A stretch of DNA of 64,000 nt from an uncultured Clostridia bacterium (GCA_963556905.1 CAUWAY010000001.1:89720-153719); one strand, 5' to 3'. Shown: positions 10,694 through 20,757, counted from the first letter of the stretch. Notes: generated by a model from the sequence alone, not told the origin. Translations and numbers: made by a program.

Positions 10694-11446
10694 CTAGCCC
10701 TTTACCAATGTTATTTCTTTATATACTGGTGTATCAGCAACAATAACAGATACATTGCTTTGAGCTGTATATCCAGTTTTGCTAATAGCTATCTTAGAAT
10801 ATGTAGCTTTTGGTAAATCTACCATAGCAATACCGTTTACGTCTGTATAAATAGTATTTGATGCATCAATTACTATTTTTGCTCCTGATACTTGTCCTGC
10901 TGTATCAGATACATTGAATGTAACTAATTGTGTAGCTTGTTCTCCATCTGCTGTAAATGTAACAGATGTAATAGTTGTACTATCATTTGCATTACCTGTT
11001 TCTATTTTTGCAACACCTGTAACTATTGAACTATTTGCTTTAAATGCTCCTGAATATGTATAAGCATCTGTTGAATCTCCATCACTATCAGGTTGAACTG
11101 ACCATACTCTCATTTTTGCTTTATATCCACCTGCTACTGGTTCATTAAAGTTTACTGTAACAATAGGAATACAAAATCCTACTAATTCGTCATCATGTAC
11201 TTTTGATATTACATTATGTACTGCATTTCCATACATTCTATCAAATGCATATGCAATTTCAGTAGCATATGCAACTACATCAGAACGTTCTGTTTTTTCA
11301 TCTATATATCTTCTATCATATGTTGCTGGATTCAGACTTTTACCTCCATCAGTAAATCCTTTCATTCTATGAAAAATTGTAGCATCTAATGTTAATCCCA
11401 TAAAATTAACAATATCTGCTCTATTGTATACTTGACCTTCTTGCAT
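10694..11446 (-). CDS. Major tail protein with C-terminal Ig-like extension
   Basis: 250 aa; LNPATYDRRYIDE tail-tube pattern; VSGAKIVID..TDVNGIA extension. Confidence 0.8.
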   Translation of the reverse strand: MQEGQVYNRADIVNFMGLTLDATIFHRMKGFTDGGKSLNPATYDRRYIDEKTERSDVVAYATEIAYAFDRMYGNAVHNVISKVHDDELVGFCIPIVTVNFNEPVAGGYKAKMRVWSVQPDSDGDSTDAYTYSGAFKANSSIVTGVAKIETGNANDSTTITSVTFTADGEQATQLVTFNVSDTAGQVSGAKIVIDASNTIYTDVNGIAMVDLPKATYSKIAISKTGYTAQSNVSVIVADTPVYKEITLVKG

Positions 11447-11463
11447 TCTTTAATTCCTCCTTT

Positions 11464-11880
11464 TTAATATTCATAATAAGTGAAATTCATTTGAATAATA
11501 TAAATTGCTGTTGTTTCAGTTTTTTGTAATATATAACTTGGACTTGTACATTTAATCGAAAATGCACCATTTATCTTTGGAAAATTCTTTATTCTATTTT
11601 GTGTTTTTATCCATTCCATAAAATCTTCTCCAAATTTACTATTAGCTAGATTTGTTACAACTCTACTTGAAATTGGAGCAGTTACTGTAAAATCAAAAGC
11701 TATTTGATATTTTCCACCATTTCCATCAACAAATGGTTTTATTTCTGGCCCAGTTGGTGTTCTATCTATTGAATATGAATAAACTTCATCTTTTAAATAA
11801 TCAACATTTATTTTGTCCCCTTTCAATAGATGGCATGTTTCTATAAATTCTTTTATCAATTCCATTTTTGATTTTCCCAT
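11464..11880 (-). CDS. Tail terminator/minor capsid protein
   Basis: 138 aa ORF in head-tail block. Confidence 0.65.
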   Translation of the reverse strand: MGKSKMELIKEFIETCHLLKGDKINVDYLKDEVYSYSIDRTPTGPEIKPFVDGNGGKYQIAFDFTVTAPISSRVVTNLANSKFGEDFMEWIKTQNRIKNFPKINGAFSIKCTSPSYILQKTETTAIYIIQMNFTYYEY

Positions 11881-12291
11881 TACTTACCTCCATTCTTGAT
11901 GAAGTTTTCTACATCCTTGCAAACTTCTTTTCCTCTATCATTCATCATTCTTTTTTCCCATTCAGGTCCACTTTTTTGGTCTCCATGGTATTTTAAGTCC
12001 ATATTAGAAATCGTTCTTGTAACTCCTAAAGGTCTAGAAGGTCCGATTGCCTTTTTACCTTTATATAAATAATGTGCATAAGGCCCTGGATAAAATATTA
12101 TTCCTATCTTTTTTTCGTTTGCTCTTCCAGAATTTCTTAAATGTAGTTGCTGACTTCCTGGAACATACGGTTGAGACAATTTTTCCACTTTTTGTGCTAA
12201 AAATTCTGTTACTCTTCCATTCTCATCTAAACCGATGGTCTTTTATTATTTTGCTAGTACTATTTATTTTTACTTTTACATTCATTCTCAT
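11880..12291 (-). CDS. Minor capsid (neck) protein; +1 frameshift at CGG 12232-12234
   Basis: Start coupled to the upstream stop (TAATG); MRMNVKVKINSTSKIIKDH-GLDENGRVTEFLAQ..SQPYVP..PYAHYLY; about 136 aa. Confidence 0.8.
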
Positions 12292-12621
12292 TATTCAGAT
12301 ACTCCTATCTTATAATGTTGCAGTCCACCTTTTCTATTGTCGTCTACTGATACTACTTTAAATAATTGATATTTCTTCATTAATGTTCTTTCGTCAAATT
12401 CATCTGTTATAATTCCTTCAACTATGTAATCATTTGTAGAAATACTTAATTTTTCTGTAGTAGGTATTGTTATTGATCCTGTACTTCCTTTTTCAAGTCC
12501 GTTTATCAATTAAATTAGTCTTTTTATTATGTCTAAAATAAACTTCGTTAAAATGCATCCTCGTAACAGTTTCGTCATTATTAAAATGATATACAGTGAT
12601 TTTATGTATAAAAAAACTCAT
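12291..12621 (-). CDS. Head-tail joining protein; +1 frameshift at CGG 12499-12501
   Basis: MSFFIHKITVYHF...NLIDK-GLEKGSTGSITIP...GGLQHYKIG; about 109 aa. Confidence 0.8.
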
Positions 12622-12622
12622 A

Positions 12623-13003
12623 TTAGCACACCCCACAATACAAAAGTGGATTTCCGTCTGTTCCTATTACATTCCATAAATAATCTGATAAAGTTGTTTG
12701 CATTTTTTCAGAATATTCTTTTTTTATCTCTTCAGGTGCAGAATAGCTTTTACTCCAACCTTCTATATTTTCACTTTTCAAATTTTTAATTTCACTTAAT
12801 TTTGTTTCTTGTTCATTTAGTAAATCAATGATTAAGCAAGTAACATATTTTACTTCACTAGGAATATTGTTTACATCAATTCTTCCAAAAGTTTTGTGAT
12901 TAATATAATTACTTGCCTCTATTGCTAATTTATTGAAGTTGTTAGGTATGCTATTAATACCTAACAACGTTTCATATTCAGCATCTTTTATGTATTGAAG
13001 CAT
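12623..13003 (-). CDS. Head-tail connector protein
   Basis: EASNYINHKTFGRI, SENIEGWSKSY and LLYCGV motifs. Confidence 0.8.
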   Translation of the reverse strand: MLQYIKDAEYETLLGINSIPNNFNKLAIEASNYINHKTFGRIDVNNIPSEVKYVTCLIIDLLNEQETKLSEIKNLKSENIEGWSKSYSAPEEIKKEYSEKMQTTLSDYLWNVIGTDGNPLLYCGVC

Positions 13004-13014
13004 ACCTTACCTCC

Positions 13015-14178
13015 TTATGATTTTAAAGCTAATGAAATATCTTGATTAACATTTATTTGTTTAATATCTACTTCCCCTATTACATCTCGTTTCATATTTT
13101 CTGCTGTTATTCTATACAATCCACTAGAGTCTTTTTCAGCTTTAAATACTGCTTTACCTGTTGAATCTGTTTTCTTTATTAACCCATTAAAGTTAACTTT
13201 TGCCCCTTCAATTGCTTTAGGTTCTGTTGCTGTATCTTTAACTGTAAATGTTACATCTACTCTATTTTCTTTATATTCTCCTGGTAATATAACAGCAAAT
13301 GGAAATCTAACAGCTTCATCTGGTTGTAATGAGTTAATAGGATTTGGAACTTCCCAACCTAACCTCATTGTTACTCTTAATGCAACCATATCATCTTGTG
13401 CTAAGTTGTATAATATTTCTCCTGATGATGGGTCTTGAATTACAGCTTGATCTAATACTTTAAATGTAATATCTTGTCTAATAGAATAAACCGCTTGTGA
13501 AAAGTCTCCAACTAACATTTGTGCTTTTGTTTTATCCCAAGCGCCATTATCTACATAAGCTTTAGATAAGCTATCTATTTCAGTTCCTTTTATAGGTTGT
13601 CCGTTATTGTCTAACATTGTCCTAAATGCTGATTTAACATTCATTCCACCTAAAACACCTGTTACGTTATATCCACTTTCTTCTACAAAAGCCATTGCTT
13701 TGTCAATAGATAAATATAATGTATTTAAAGGTGTTACTGTTGCACCAGCATTTAATGCAGATGTTAATAAATCAGCTCTAAATCCTGCTGGCTTATCATC
13801 CCCGGTAAATACTGCCTGGTCGAATTTTTTACCCATAGCTTCTTGGATTCTTGGTTTTACTTCTCCCCAAATATCATAGTCTGCATCGTCTAATACGTTT
13901 TCAGGAATTGGAACTATTACTGCCATTTCTTCAGCTGTAATATATTTTTTATCCCAAGCCATTTTTGTTAATTTTTTTCTAGCATTATCGCTACCTTGCC
14001 AATATACTAGTGGTAAAGAGTCTAATACTCTCATTTTTGTTTTGTTTGATGTCATATTAGGTAATCTTCTAAACATAGACATCGCTTTTGAGTTTTTTAT
14101 TGCCCCTTCAATTATTTCTCTTGAAACTTGCTCATCAATTAAAGTTTCTGCATTACTTCTTGAAATCATTTGTCCCAT
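13015..14178 (-). CDS. Major capsid protein with C-terminal Ig-like domain
   Basis: HK97-like capsid motifs (AVIVPIPENVLDD, GDFSQ, NLAQDDMVALR). Confidence 0.9.
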   Translation of the reverse strand: MGQMISRSNAETLIDEQVSREIIEGAIKNSKAMSMFRRLPNMTSNKTKMRVLDSLPLVYWQGSDNARKKLTKMAWDKKYITAEEMAVIVPIPENVLDDADYDIWGEVKPRIQEAMGKKFDQAVFTGDDKPAGFRADLLTSALNAGATVTPLNTLYLSIDKAMAFVEESGYNVTGVLGGMNVKSAFRTMLDNNGQPIKGTEIDSLSKAYVDNGAWDKTKAQMLVGDFSQAVYSIRQDITFKVLDQAVIQDPSSGEILYNLAQDDMVALRVTMRLGWEVPNPINSLQPDEAVRFPFAVILPGEYKENRVDVTFTVKDTATEPKAIEGAKVNFNGLIKKTDSTGKAVFKAEKDSSGLYRITAENMKRDVIGEVDIKQINVNQDISLALKS

Positions 14179-14223
14179 GATTATTTCCTCCTTAAAATTT
14201 ATAATAAAAAAGACTAGCTTTTG

Positions 14224-14784
14224 CTAATCTCTTGCTGAACGAATTAAATCATTCATTATTGAATTTGTTTGGTTTTCGTTTCCTTGTGGTTTTCCACCTA
14301 AATCAATACTAGAACCTTTTTTAATTACTGTTGTTTCAGTGTTAAACTGTGGATTTTTAGCTTTATATGACTTTAAAGCTGTATCAAAATCAATAGTATC
14401 ACTAACAAGTCCTAATACTTCATTTGCAACAAATTTTGCAAATTCTGGTTTTATTCCTGCACTTGTCACTTTATTTGTTGCATCTAATATTAAATAGTTT
14501 TTATTTAATGCCTCATATTTAGATTTATAATCATCTCTTTCAGTTGTGATGTTCTTTAATTTAGCATTAACTCCATCATCTCCCTCAATAGATGCTTGTA
14601 AATCTTCAAATTTCTTTTTGTAATCTAATTCTTTTGCTTTTTTTACATCATCATCATATTTACTTTTAGCAACATATCCTCCAGCTGAAAGGTTTGCTAA
14701 TTTCATTCCCTTTTCTTCTACTGCTTTCGTAAAATCTTCGTATGATAGTGTGTTTTCTCCAAATAATTCTTGTAATTCTTCCAT
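14224..14784 (-). CDS. Capsid scaffolding protein
   Basis: GGYVAKSKY motif, coiled coil, directly upstream of capsid. Confidence 0.8.
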   Translation of the reverse strand: MEELQELFGENTLSYEDFTKAVEEKGMKLANLSAGGYVAKSKYDDDVKKAKELDYKKKFEDLQASIEGDDGVNAKLKNITTERDDYKSKYEALNKNYLILDATNKVTSAGIKPEFAKFVANEVLGLVSDTIDFDTALKSYKAKNPQFNTETTVIKKGSSIDLGGKPQGNENQTNSIMNDLIRSARD

Positions 14785-14911
14785 ATTGTTCCTTTCTTTT
14801 ACACAGATTTAATTTAACTGACAGTTCACTCTGTCTATTGTGTATCTTGCATTTATATCTCGACAAGCTAGAGTTATTTTTGGTTTCTTTAAAGTTCTAA
14901 CCATAAAGAAT

Positions 14912-14986
14912 TGGCACAAGTTAATGGATTCGAACCATTATCTAACAGTTTTGGAGACTGCTGTTCTTCCGTTAAACTAAACTTGC
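14912..14986 (-). tRNA. trnW: tRNA-Trp(CCA), phage-encoded
   Basis: GCAAGTT/AACTTGT acceptor stem, anticodon arm GCAGT-CTCCAAA-ACTGT, T arm AATGG-TTCGAAT-CCATT, discriminator G, encoded CCA. Confidence 0.9.
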
Positions 14987-14992
14987 ATAAAA

Positions 14993-15016
14993 AAAGAGCT
15001 ATCTCTAGCTCTTTTT
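14993..15016. terminator. Intrinsic terminator hairpin
   Basis: AAAAGAGCTA-TCTC-TAGCTCTTTT. Confidence 0.7.
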
Positions 15017-15033
15017 AATATTAAGATTTTTAA

Positions 15034-15237
15034 TTATTCTATTCCATCGTATAGCATTGCTAAGCTTTCTATAAATCCTTTTTTCTTTAATAACATTTTT
15101 TCTTCTTTTGTGTATTTATTACTATTAAATACATTTTGCACCTCATTATATAACTTTTTTATTTCTCTATCTGATTTTCCATTTGGATAGTGTTCAGTTC
15201 TATATATTAGATTATTTATATATTCAAGATTAGTCAT
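15034..15237 (-). CDS. Small protein downstream of minor capsid fusion
   Basis: 67 aa ORF overlapping the upstream stop. Confidence 0.65.
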   Translation of the reverse strand: MTNLEYINNLIYRTEHYPNGKSDREIKKLYNEVQNVFNSNKYTKEEKMLLKKKGFIESLAMLYDGIE

Positions 15238-16957
15238 AAAATACCTCCATTAATTTATTAAGTTCTATTGCTTCATCTATTGATTTATTAGACAAATATT
15301 TTTGTATTTCATTTTCTAAAAAGTTGAGTCTCTGATTTACTGGGATATTAAATAATCTTTGTGCAAATTCAAAATCATTTTTATCCACTCCGATTTTATT
15401 ATTTATCTTCTTTAAATTTATAACCCATTTATCGTATTGAGAGTTTATATTTATAATATTTTCTTTTTTTCCTATTTCTTTTGTATAAAATTCTACTACT
15501 GCTTCTTCAATTTTCCAATATTTTGTATATGTTTTCTTATTATAATAACTTATAGAATGAGCATGTAATTGTTCATGTAGCAATGCATGTGGTGATGTAA
15601 AATTTTCTATTTCAATGTTGCAATTCCACAGTTTAGCATTGATATTTCTTTTGCTCTGTATTATTTTTCCACTCCATTTACTTTTATTTGAAGTATATAT
15701 ATTAGCTAACTTGTTTGTTTCTTCCGCTAGTTGTTTCAGTTCTTTCTTACTATATATTTTTTCTTGTTGCTTTAACAAATTATGTTTAAATTCTGGTGTA
15801 TCATTTGCTTTAGTTTTTCCTACATACAGCCTTGTATAATCTTTCTTAAACTTCGTTTGCTCTATAAAATCATTAAGTATTGAATTATGTTGTTTTAGTT
15901 TATTTTGTGCATTTAATAACTGACTTCTTGTATCTTCTATTAGTTTAGCATCTTTTGTGTTAGATGTCAAAATCCCTTGAAAACCTGCTATATCCTTTTT
16001 GTCTTGCCTTATTTGTCTTTCCATTTTGCGTTGTATTTGTGAAGCATCATATTTGTTTATCTTTTGACCATTGTATGTAACTGTCTCATTTGCCATTTCC
16101 TTTAATTCTTTATCTGTATAAGTTTTTGTGCTTCCTTTATAGTATGGTCGCCAATCATGTCTACAGTTTATACCTTTAAATCCTGTTGCTGTGCCATAAC
16201 CTATATCGTCTAGGCTTAAATAACCTTTTTTACCACTTCTACTTACAATTTTGCCTTGCCATGCTACATGTTCTGGTCTAGCTCCACTATGCGCTGTAAG
16301 TTCCATTAAATCCCATTTTAATTCTTCTGCTCTCATTAGTTGTAATTTACCACAAGTTTGATTTACTGATGTTATTATATTTGTTCTTACTGCACTTTCA
16401 ATACTTCTATGTTGCCCCGATGGATATTGTACATAAGTACCTTGATTACTTACTTCTTTAATTGTGTCTATTATTGATTGAGAATAACTTTTTACTCCTG
16501 TTGATACTTCCATATATGCTTTATTCATTGCATTATAAAATTGCGTTTGTGATGTGTTTGCTGTTGTCATTGTTAAGTTACTTAAATTATAATGTGTTTT
16601 TATTGCTGTAGCTGTTAATAGTTGCCACATACTTTTACTTTGTTGTATTGCCGTTGGCTTTAATCCTGCTACTTTATATATATTGTCATCATATTCTAGT
16701 GAACTTATTCCAGCCTCTTCAAATATCTTTTGTATTTCTGCTTCTGTAGAATTGTTATATTGTGCTACTTGGTTTATTATATCTTGATACAATATTCCCA
16801 TTTCTTGTGCTATTAAAGTATTATTCAATACAACTGTATTTGCATACCCTACATTTGCTATTCTTTCTGCTATTTCTTGTATTATTTCTAATTCTAAATT
16901 GGTATATAACTTATTGGCTTGTTTTTCTATTAAATTCCATTGCTTTGGAGTTAGCAT
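15230..16957 (-). CDS. Phage minor capsid (MuF-like) protein with C-terminal HExxH domain
   Basis: TAHSGARPEH, GINCRHDW minor capsid motifs; extension with LLHEQLHAHS...IEEAVVE. Confidence 0.8.
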   Translation of the reverse strand: MLTPKQWNLIEKQANKLYTNLELEIIQEIAERIANVGYANTVVLNNTLIAQEMGILYQDIINQVAQYNNSTEAEIQKIFEEAGISSLEYDDNIYKVAGLKPTAIQQSKSMWQLLTATAIKTHYNLSNLTMTTANTSQTQFYNAMNKAYMEVSTGVKSYSQSIIDTIKEVSNQGTYVQYPSGQHRSIESAVRTNIITSVNQTCGKLQLMRAEELKWDLMELTAHSGARPEHVAWQGKIVSRSGKKGYLSLDDIGYGTATGFKGINCRHDWRPYYKGSTKTYTDKELKEMANETVTYNGQKINKYDASQIQRKMERQIRQDKKDIAGFQGILTSNTKDAKLIEDTRSQLLNAQNKLKQHNSILNDFIEQTKFKKDYTRLYVGKTKANDTPEFKHNLLKQQEKIYSKKELKQLAEETNKLANIYTSNKSKWSGKIIQSKRNINAKLWNCNIEIENFTSPHALLHEQLHAHSISYYNKKTYTKYWKIEEAVVEFYTKEIGKKENIININSQYDKWVINLKKINNKIGVDKNDFEFAQRLFNIPVNQRLNFLENEIQKYLSNKSIDEAIELNKLMEVFYD

Positions 16958-16958
16958 A

Positions 16959-17102
16959 TTAGCCTCCTATATATCTTGTAAAAATTCCTGCATCATAAGT
17001 TGCAACAAACTCATATATAGGTTTATCCGAGTTTTCTTTTAATCTACTTTGTAATGCTTTTTCTACTGCTTCTCCAATTTCTATTTGTATTTCTTTTTGC
17101 AT
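16959..17102 (-). CDS. Small hypothetical protein
   Basis: 47 aa MQKEIQIEIGEAVEKAL... between portal and minor capsid. Confidence 0.5.
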   Translation of the reverse strand: MQKEIQIEIGEAVEKALQSRLKENSDKPIYEFVATYDAGIFTRYIGG

Positions 17103-17107
17103 TTATA

Positions 17108-18544
17108 TCACTCCTCTATTTGAAATCCAAATGATTCTTGATTGCTTTGTTTTTCTTCTTGTATTTCTTGTAACTCTGTTTCAATTTCTTTATCCGTCAT
17201 ATTTCTTATATTTCTCATATAAGATTTTTTACTTCTAGTTCCATTTGATACTTCTGTTTGTGCTCTTATTTGTTCTGCACCTTTGTCTTCTATAATGCTG
17301 TCGTCAAAGTCTATAACTATTGTACTTGCATCTATATTGTAATTAGCAAAAGTAGAAGAAGCATAAGCAAGTGCTATAATCATAGTTTTTAAACTACAAT
17401 CTAATACTTGTTCATGCTTCTTTATTGTTCTAAACATATCACTATTTTCGCTTATTACTCCTGTTGCTGTTTGAATTGCGCCTCCATTAAATTTGTATCT
17501 TTCCTGTCCAAATCCTACTTTTGAAGACAATATATTAAGTTGAAATTGAACAGTTTCTTGTAATTTATCTGTTCTTAAATCAGAACTATCATGTTGTATC
17601 ATGCTATCTTTATTAAATCCTTTTGGCATTCTATAAATAGAAATGTCCTCAGGGTCGAACGTCAATGTTTCATTACCACTATCATATGCCATCATTTCTT
17701 CTGATATAAATGTTCTTCTTCTTCCTAATACTGGTTCATTTCCTAATTCATTGTATGCATCGTCTAATTCTTTTAAAACATCTATTGAGTTAGCATATAT
17801 AGATATTCCAAAAGGTGTATCACTATCTATATTATTACAAATGTTCGGTTTTATTATAGAAAACCACGGTATATTATTTTTTGTATCAAACTTACTTACA
17901 AATTCATCTTCTTTTTCCATTGGGCTTACTATTATATTTTTATTTTGAGCTTTAAATTTATAGTTTTGTATTTCATAATTGCCTTGCTCATTTATAACAT
18001 GCATTGATATGTATATATAATTAATACCTTTTATAATTTTATATGTTACAAAAGCACATTCTTTAATTTCTGTTCTTTCCCAAGTTAAAGGATATATTTT
18101 TTTACCTTCTACAAACTCTAATTTAGGCCTAGCATTAGTAACATTTATTATATTTTTATCTTCATCTATCTCCATATCTTGAATAGAAACAACTAATGCT
18201 CCTGTTCCTAATTCAAAACTTCTTTCTATACCTTGGTTTATTAAAACCGTAGCATTATTTTTATTTAATATTTCATTTATTTGTTTTGTATCGTTGTCTT
18301 TTCCTAAACTGATTTTTACTTTTTCATTGTAAAGCAAGTCTGCCCAATCTTCACATACTTTTTTTGCTCCTTGTAAAGATTTCTTTTCTCTTTTTACTCT
18401 TTTTTGTCCATTATATATGTAATAATTATGAAATTTTCTTACTTTTCCTTTATACCAGCTTTCCCATAAATCAAGATGCTTGTCCCAATTTAATTTTTCT
18501 GATATATCATAACCTTTACTTCGAAAAAATTGCTGTAAATTCAT
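17108..18544 (-). CDS. Phage portal protein (A118/SPP1-like)
   Basis: AKKVCEDWADLL, PFGISIYAN, TATGVISENS, IDFDDSII motifs. Confidence 0.9.
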   Translation of the reverse strand: MNLQQFFRSKGYDISEKLNWDKHLDLWESWYKGKVRKFHNYYIYNGQKRVKREKKSLQGAKKVCEDWADLLYNEKVKISLGKDNDTKQINEILNKNNATVLINQGIERSFELGTGALVVSIQDMEIDEDKNIINVTNARPKLEFVEGKKIYPLTWERTEIKECAFVTYKIIKGINYIYISMHVINEQGNYEIQNYKFKAQNKNIIVSPMEKEDEFVSKFDTKNNIPWFSIIKPNICNNIDSDTPFGISIYANSIDVLKELDDAYNELGNEPVLGRRRTFISEEMMAYDSGNETLTFDPEDISIYRMPKGFNKDSMIQHDSSDLRTDKLQETVQFQLNILSSKVGFGQERYKFNGGAIQTATGVISENSDMFRTIKKHEQVLDCSLKTMIIALAYASSTFANYNIDASTIVIDFDDSIIEDKGAEQIRAQTEVSNGTRSKKSYMRNIRNMTDKEIETELQEIQEEKQSNQESFGFQIEE

Positions 18545-18548
18545 ATCC

Positions 18549-19775
18549 TTATCTCCTACTATTTATTAAATTTTCATAAAAACTATTTATTGAATATTCA
18601 AAAGCATCTAAACTATCTATGTCTGTTGTTCCGTCGTCAAGTCTTTCATCTGGCTTTTTATCATTCCATAATGCATCTTGAAATGCTTTTATTAATTTTG
18701 TATTTTTTCGTAATACAAATAATCTTCTTTGAGCCATCAATGTACTACTTAAAAATATTCTGTCATTTATTTTACCTTTTGAACAATCGTTTATTTGCAC
18801 TGGCAATTTTTCTTTCTGACATCTTCTTATTAATCCTAAAGTAATAACATTTCCTAATGCTCCATAATCACAAAAAGTATATTGACATTTGCCATATTTT
18901 TCATAAACTCTTTTATAAAACTCTATAAATCTTTCATATATTTGCTCTGGGTCATATATCCCAGTTAAATCCATTTCGTCTAATGTATAAACTTTTCTAA
19001 AATTATATGTTATACCAGTTGCTACAAATTTTATTTTTGATTTTCCTGCCCCATAGTCAACTCCAATACTTACTATCGCTAATTGTTCTTCTACTTTATC
19101 AACTAAAAAGCTTTCTGTTTCGTCTGCAAATAACATATATATTGTTCCTTCGGCAGCTTTCCACTCTCCTAATATATATCTGTCAAAAAATACTGTACCT
19201 CTATATTCTGTTTCTAAATTTTCAAGTACTTCTTTTGCTAAAAAAGGGTTATCATACAAAGTATATTTTTGTTGATATATATCTGCATCACTATCAAGAA
19301 ATTTTTTAAACCAATGTGAAGGTCCTTCTGGATTGCAAGTTCCATCAAATTTACTATAAGGTTTATCTAATCTTGATTTTAGCATTTGAAATACTTCCGG
19401 ATTCCATGTTGCTATTTCATCACCATAACAATATTTAAAGCTTGCTCCTCTTATTTTATTTACATGTTTTATATTATCTGCACCTAAGCAATAACATTTT
19501 TCGCCAAATAAAATAGCTGTATTGTCTGATTTTATATCAGATACAAGCTCTGTTCCCCATATTGTTTGTAATGGTTCTATTATATTTCTTTGCAATGTTC
19601 CTTTTGTATTTCCTAATATTACATTTAATCCTTGTTCTCTGGATACATTTCTTATTCTCTTAGGTATTATGTAATAGTCCAAATGTGTTTTTCCACTTCT
19701 TGTAGCTCCATATTTGATGTTCCACCTTCGGTTAGCATTATCTAAAAATTCTCTTTGCTTTACAGAAAACATCAA
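18549..19775 (-). CDS. Terminase large subunit (PBSX family)
   Basis: GATRSGKT Walker A, YGDE, TCNPEGP, DSLDAFEY. Confidence 0.95.
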   Translation of the reverse strand: MMFSVKQREFLDNANRRWNIKYGATRSGKTHLDYYIIPKRIRNVSREQGLNVILGNTKGTLQRNIIEPLQTIWGTELVSDIKSDNTAILFGEKCYCLGADNIKHVNKIRGASFKYCYGDEIATWNPEVFQMLKSRLDKPYSKFDGTCNPEGPSHWFKKFLDSDADIYQQKYTLYDNPFLAKEVLENLETEYRGTVFFDRYILGEWKAAEGTIYMLFADETESFLVDKVEEQLAIVSIGVDYGAGKSKIKFVATGITYNFRKVYTLDEMDLTGIYDPEQIYERFIEFYKRVYEKYGKCQYTFCDYGALGNVITLGLIRRCQKEKLPVQINDCSKGKINDRIFLSSTLMAQRRLFVLRKNTKLIKAFQDALWNDKKPDERLDDGTTDIDSLDAFEYSINSFYENLINSRR

Positions 19776-20237
19776 ATAACACCACCTATTCCTTTGAGTA
19801 CTTCATCTAATTTTTCTAATGTCTCTTTATTAGTTTCTTTATTTTCTCCTATTATATCATTCAAGTCTTTTAATGCAGATGTAAGTTGTTTTAGTCCTTT
19901 TTTATCTATTAATCCTTTTTGTTTATTTCCATTTAAGTCCATATATATATTAGCTTCTTTATTTGCTTTTAATATATTAAGAGCTAAGTCATTTGCTATT
20001 GATTTAATATCCACAATTTGTTGTGCTTCTTCTTCGCTTTCTTTTTCTATAACTTTTTCTACTATTTTGGTACATTTTTTTTCCTCTTTTAGCACCTTTT
20101 TTTCTTTCCACCCTTTAGTACTCTTTTTAGTACTTCCGAGATGATTTTATTCCTTTATCTTTTAGGAATGAACTTACTGATTTATAGTCACTTAATATAT
20201 ATTCTTTTTCTAACTGTTTCCAGTTATATTTTGCCAT
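19772..20237 (-). CDS. Terminase small subunit; +1 frameshift at CGG 20136-20138
   Basis: MAKYNWKQLEKEYI HTH start with GGAGG RBS joins KSS-GSTKKSTKGWKEKK to ORF 19772..20095; about 154 aa. Confidence 0.8.
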
Positions 20238-20247
20238 CAACCTCCAC

Positions 20248-20454
20248 CTACTTACATTTATCATTATACTTGCAACGTTCATAATTAATGCATTGTGCTT
20301 CATTTTTAATGTTTACTCTTATTTCGCATAAATCTTTATCGTTGTTTTTATTTTTACATTGTGCACATAGTTCTCTTTTGAATGTTTCATATATTGTTTC
20401 TTCTATTATTGTTCTTCTAGGTTTGTTTGCTATTATTTCTTTTATTGTATTCAT
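20248..20454 (-). CDS. Cys-rich hypothetical protein
   Basis: 68 aa ORF, CAQCK...C...C. Confidence 0.55.
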   Translation of the reverse strand: MNTIKEIIANKPRRTIIEETIYETFKRELCAQCKNKNNDKDLCEIRVNIKNEAQCINYERCKYNDKCK

Positions 20455-20482
20455 ATTTTTACACCTCTTTTTTTATAAACAC

Positions 20483-20616
20483 TATGTAATGATATACTTT
20501 AGGAATCGAACCTACTTATATGAGTTTTCCTGCTCACTCGTTACACCAGTTCACGATATTATTTACCGAAATAGATTAAATTTTATGGAGTTGAACCATT
20601 TGTATATCACTACATA
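20483..20616 (-). ncRNA. tRNA-like structured ncRNA with two T-loop arms
   Basis: 15-bp closing stem enclosing ATGG-TTCAACT-CCAT, TCGT-GAACTGGTGTA-ACGA, GTGAG-CAGGAAAA-CTCAT and TAGG-TTCGATT-CCTA. Confidence 0.6.
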
Positions 20617-20757
20617 CTATTTATAAATAATTAGAAAAATAGAGCCACACTGTAAAGTAAATCTACAACATAGCTCCGCAAAAGATTTTTCTTTTTCCAA
20701 TATTATTTATTTCACAATCCTTTAACTATATATTACATAGTTAGTAATTGTTGAAAA

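Noticed and set aside
14912-14986. Stop-codon reassignment or suppressor tRNA
   Set aside because: The anticodon is the standard Trp CCA, and genes end normally at TAA, TAG and TGA
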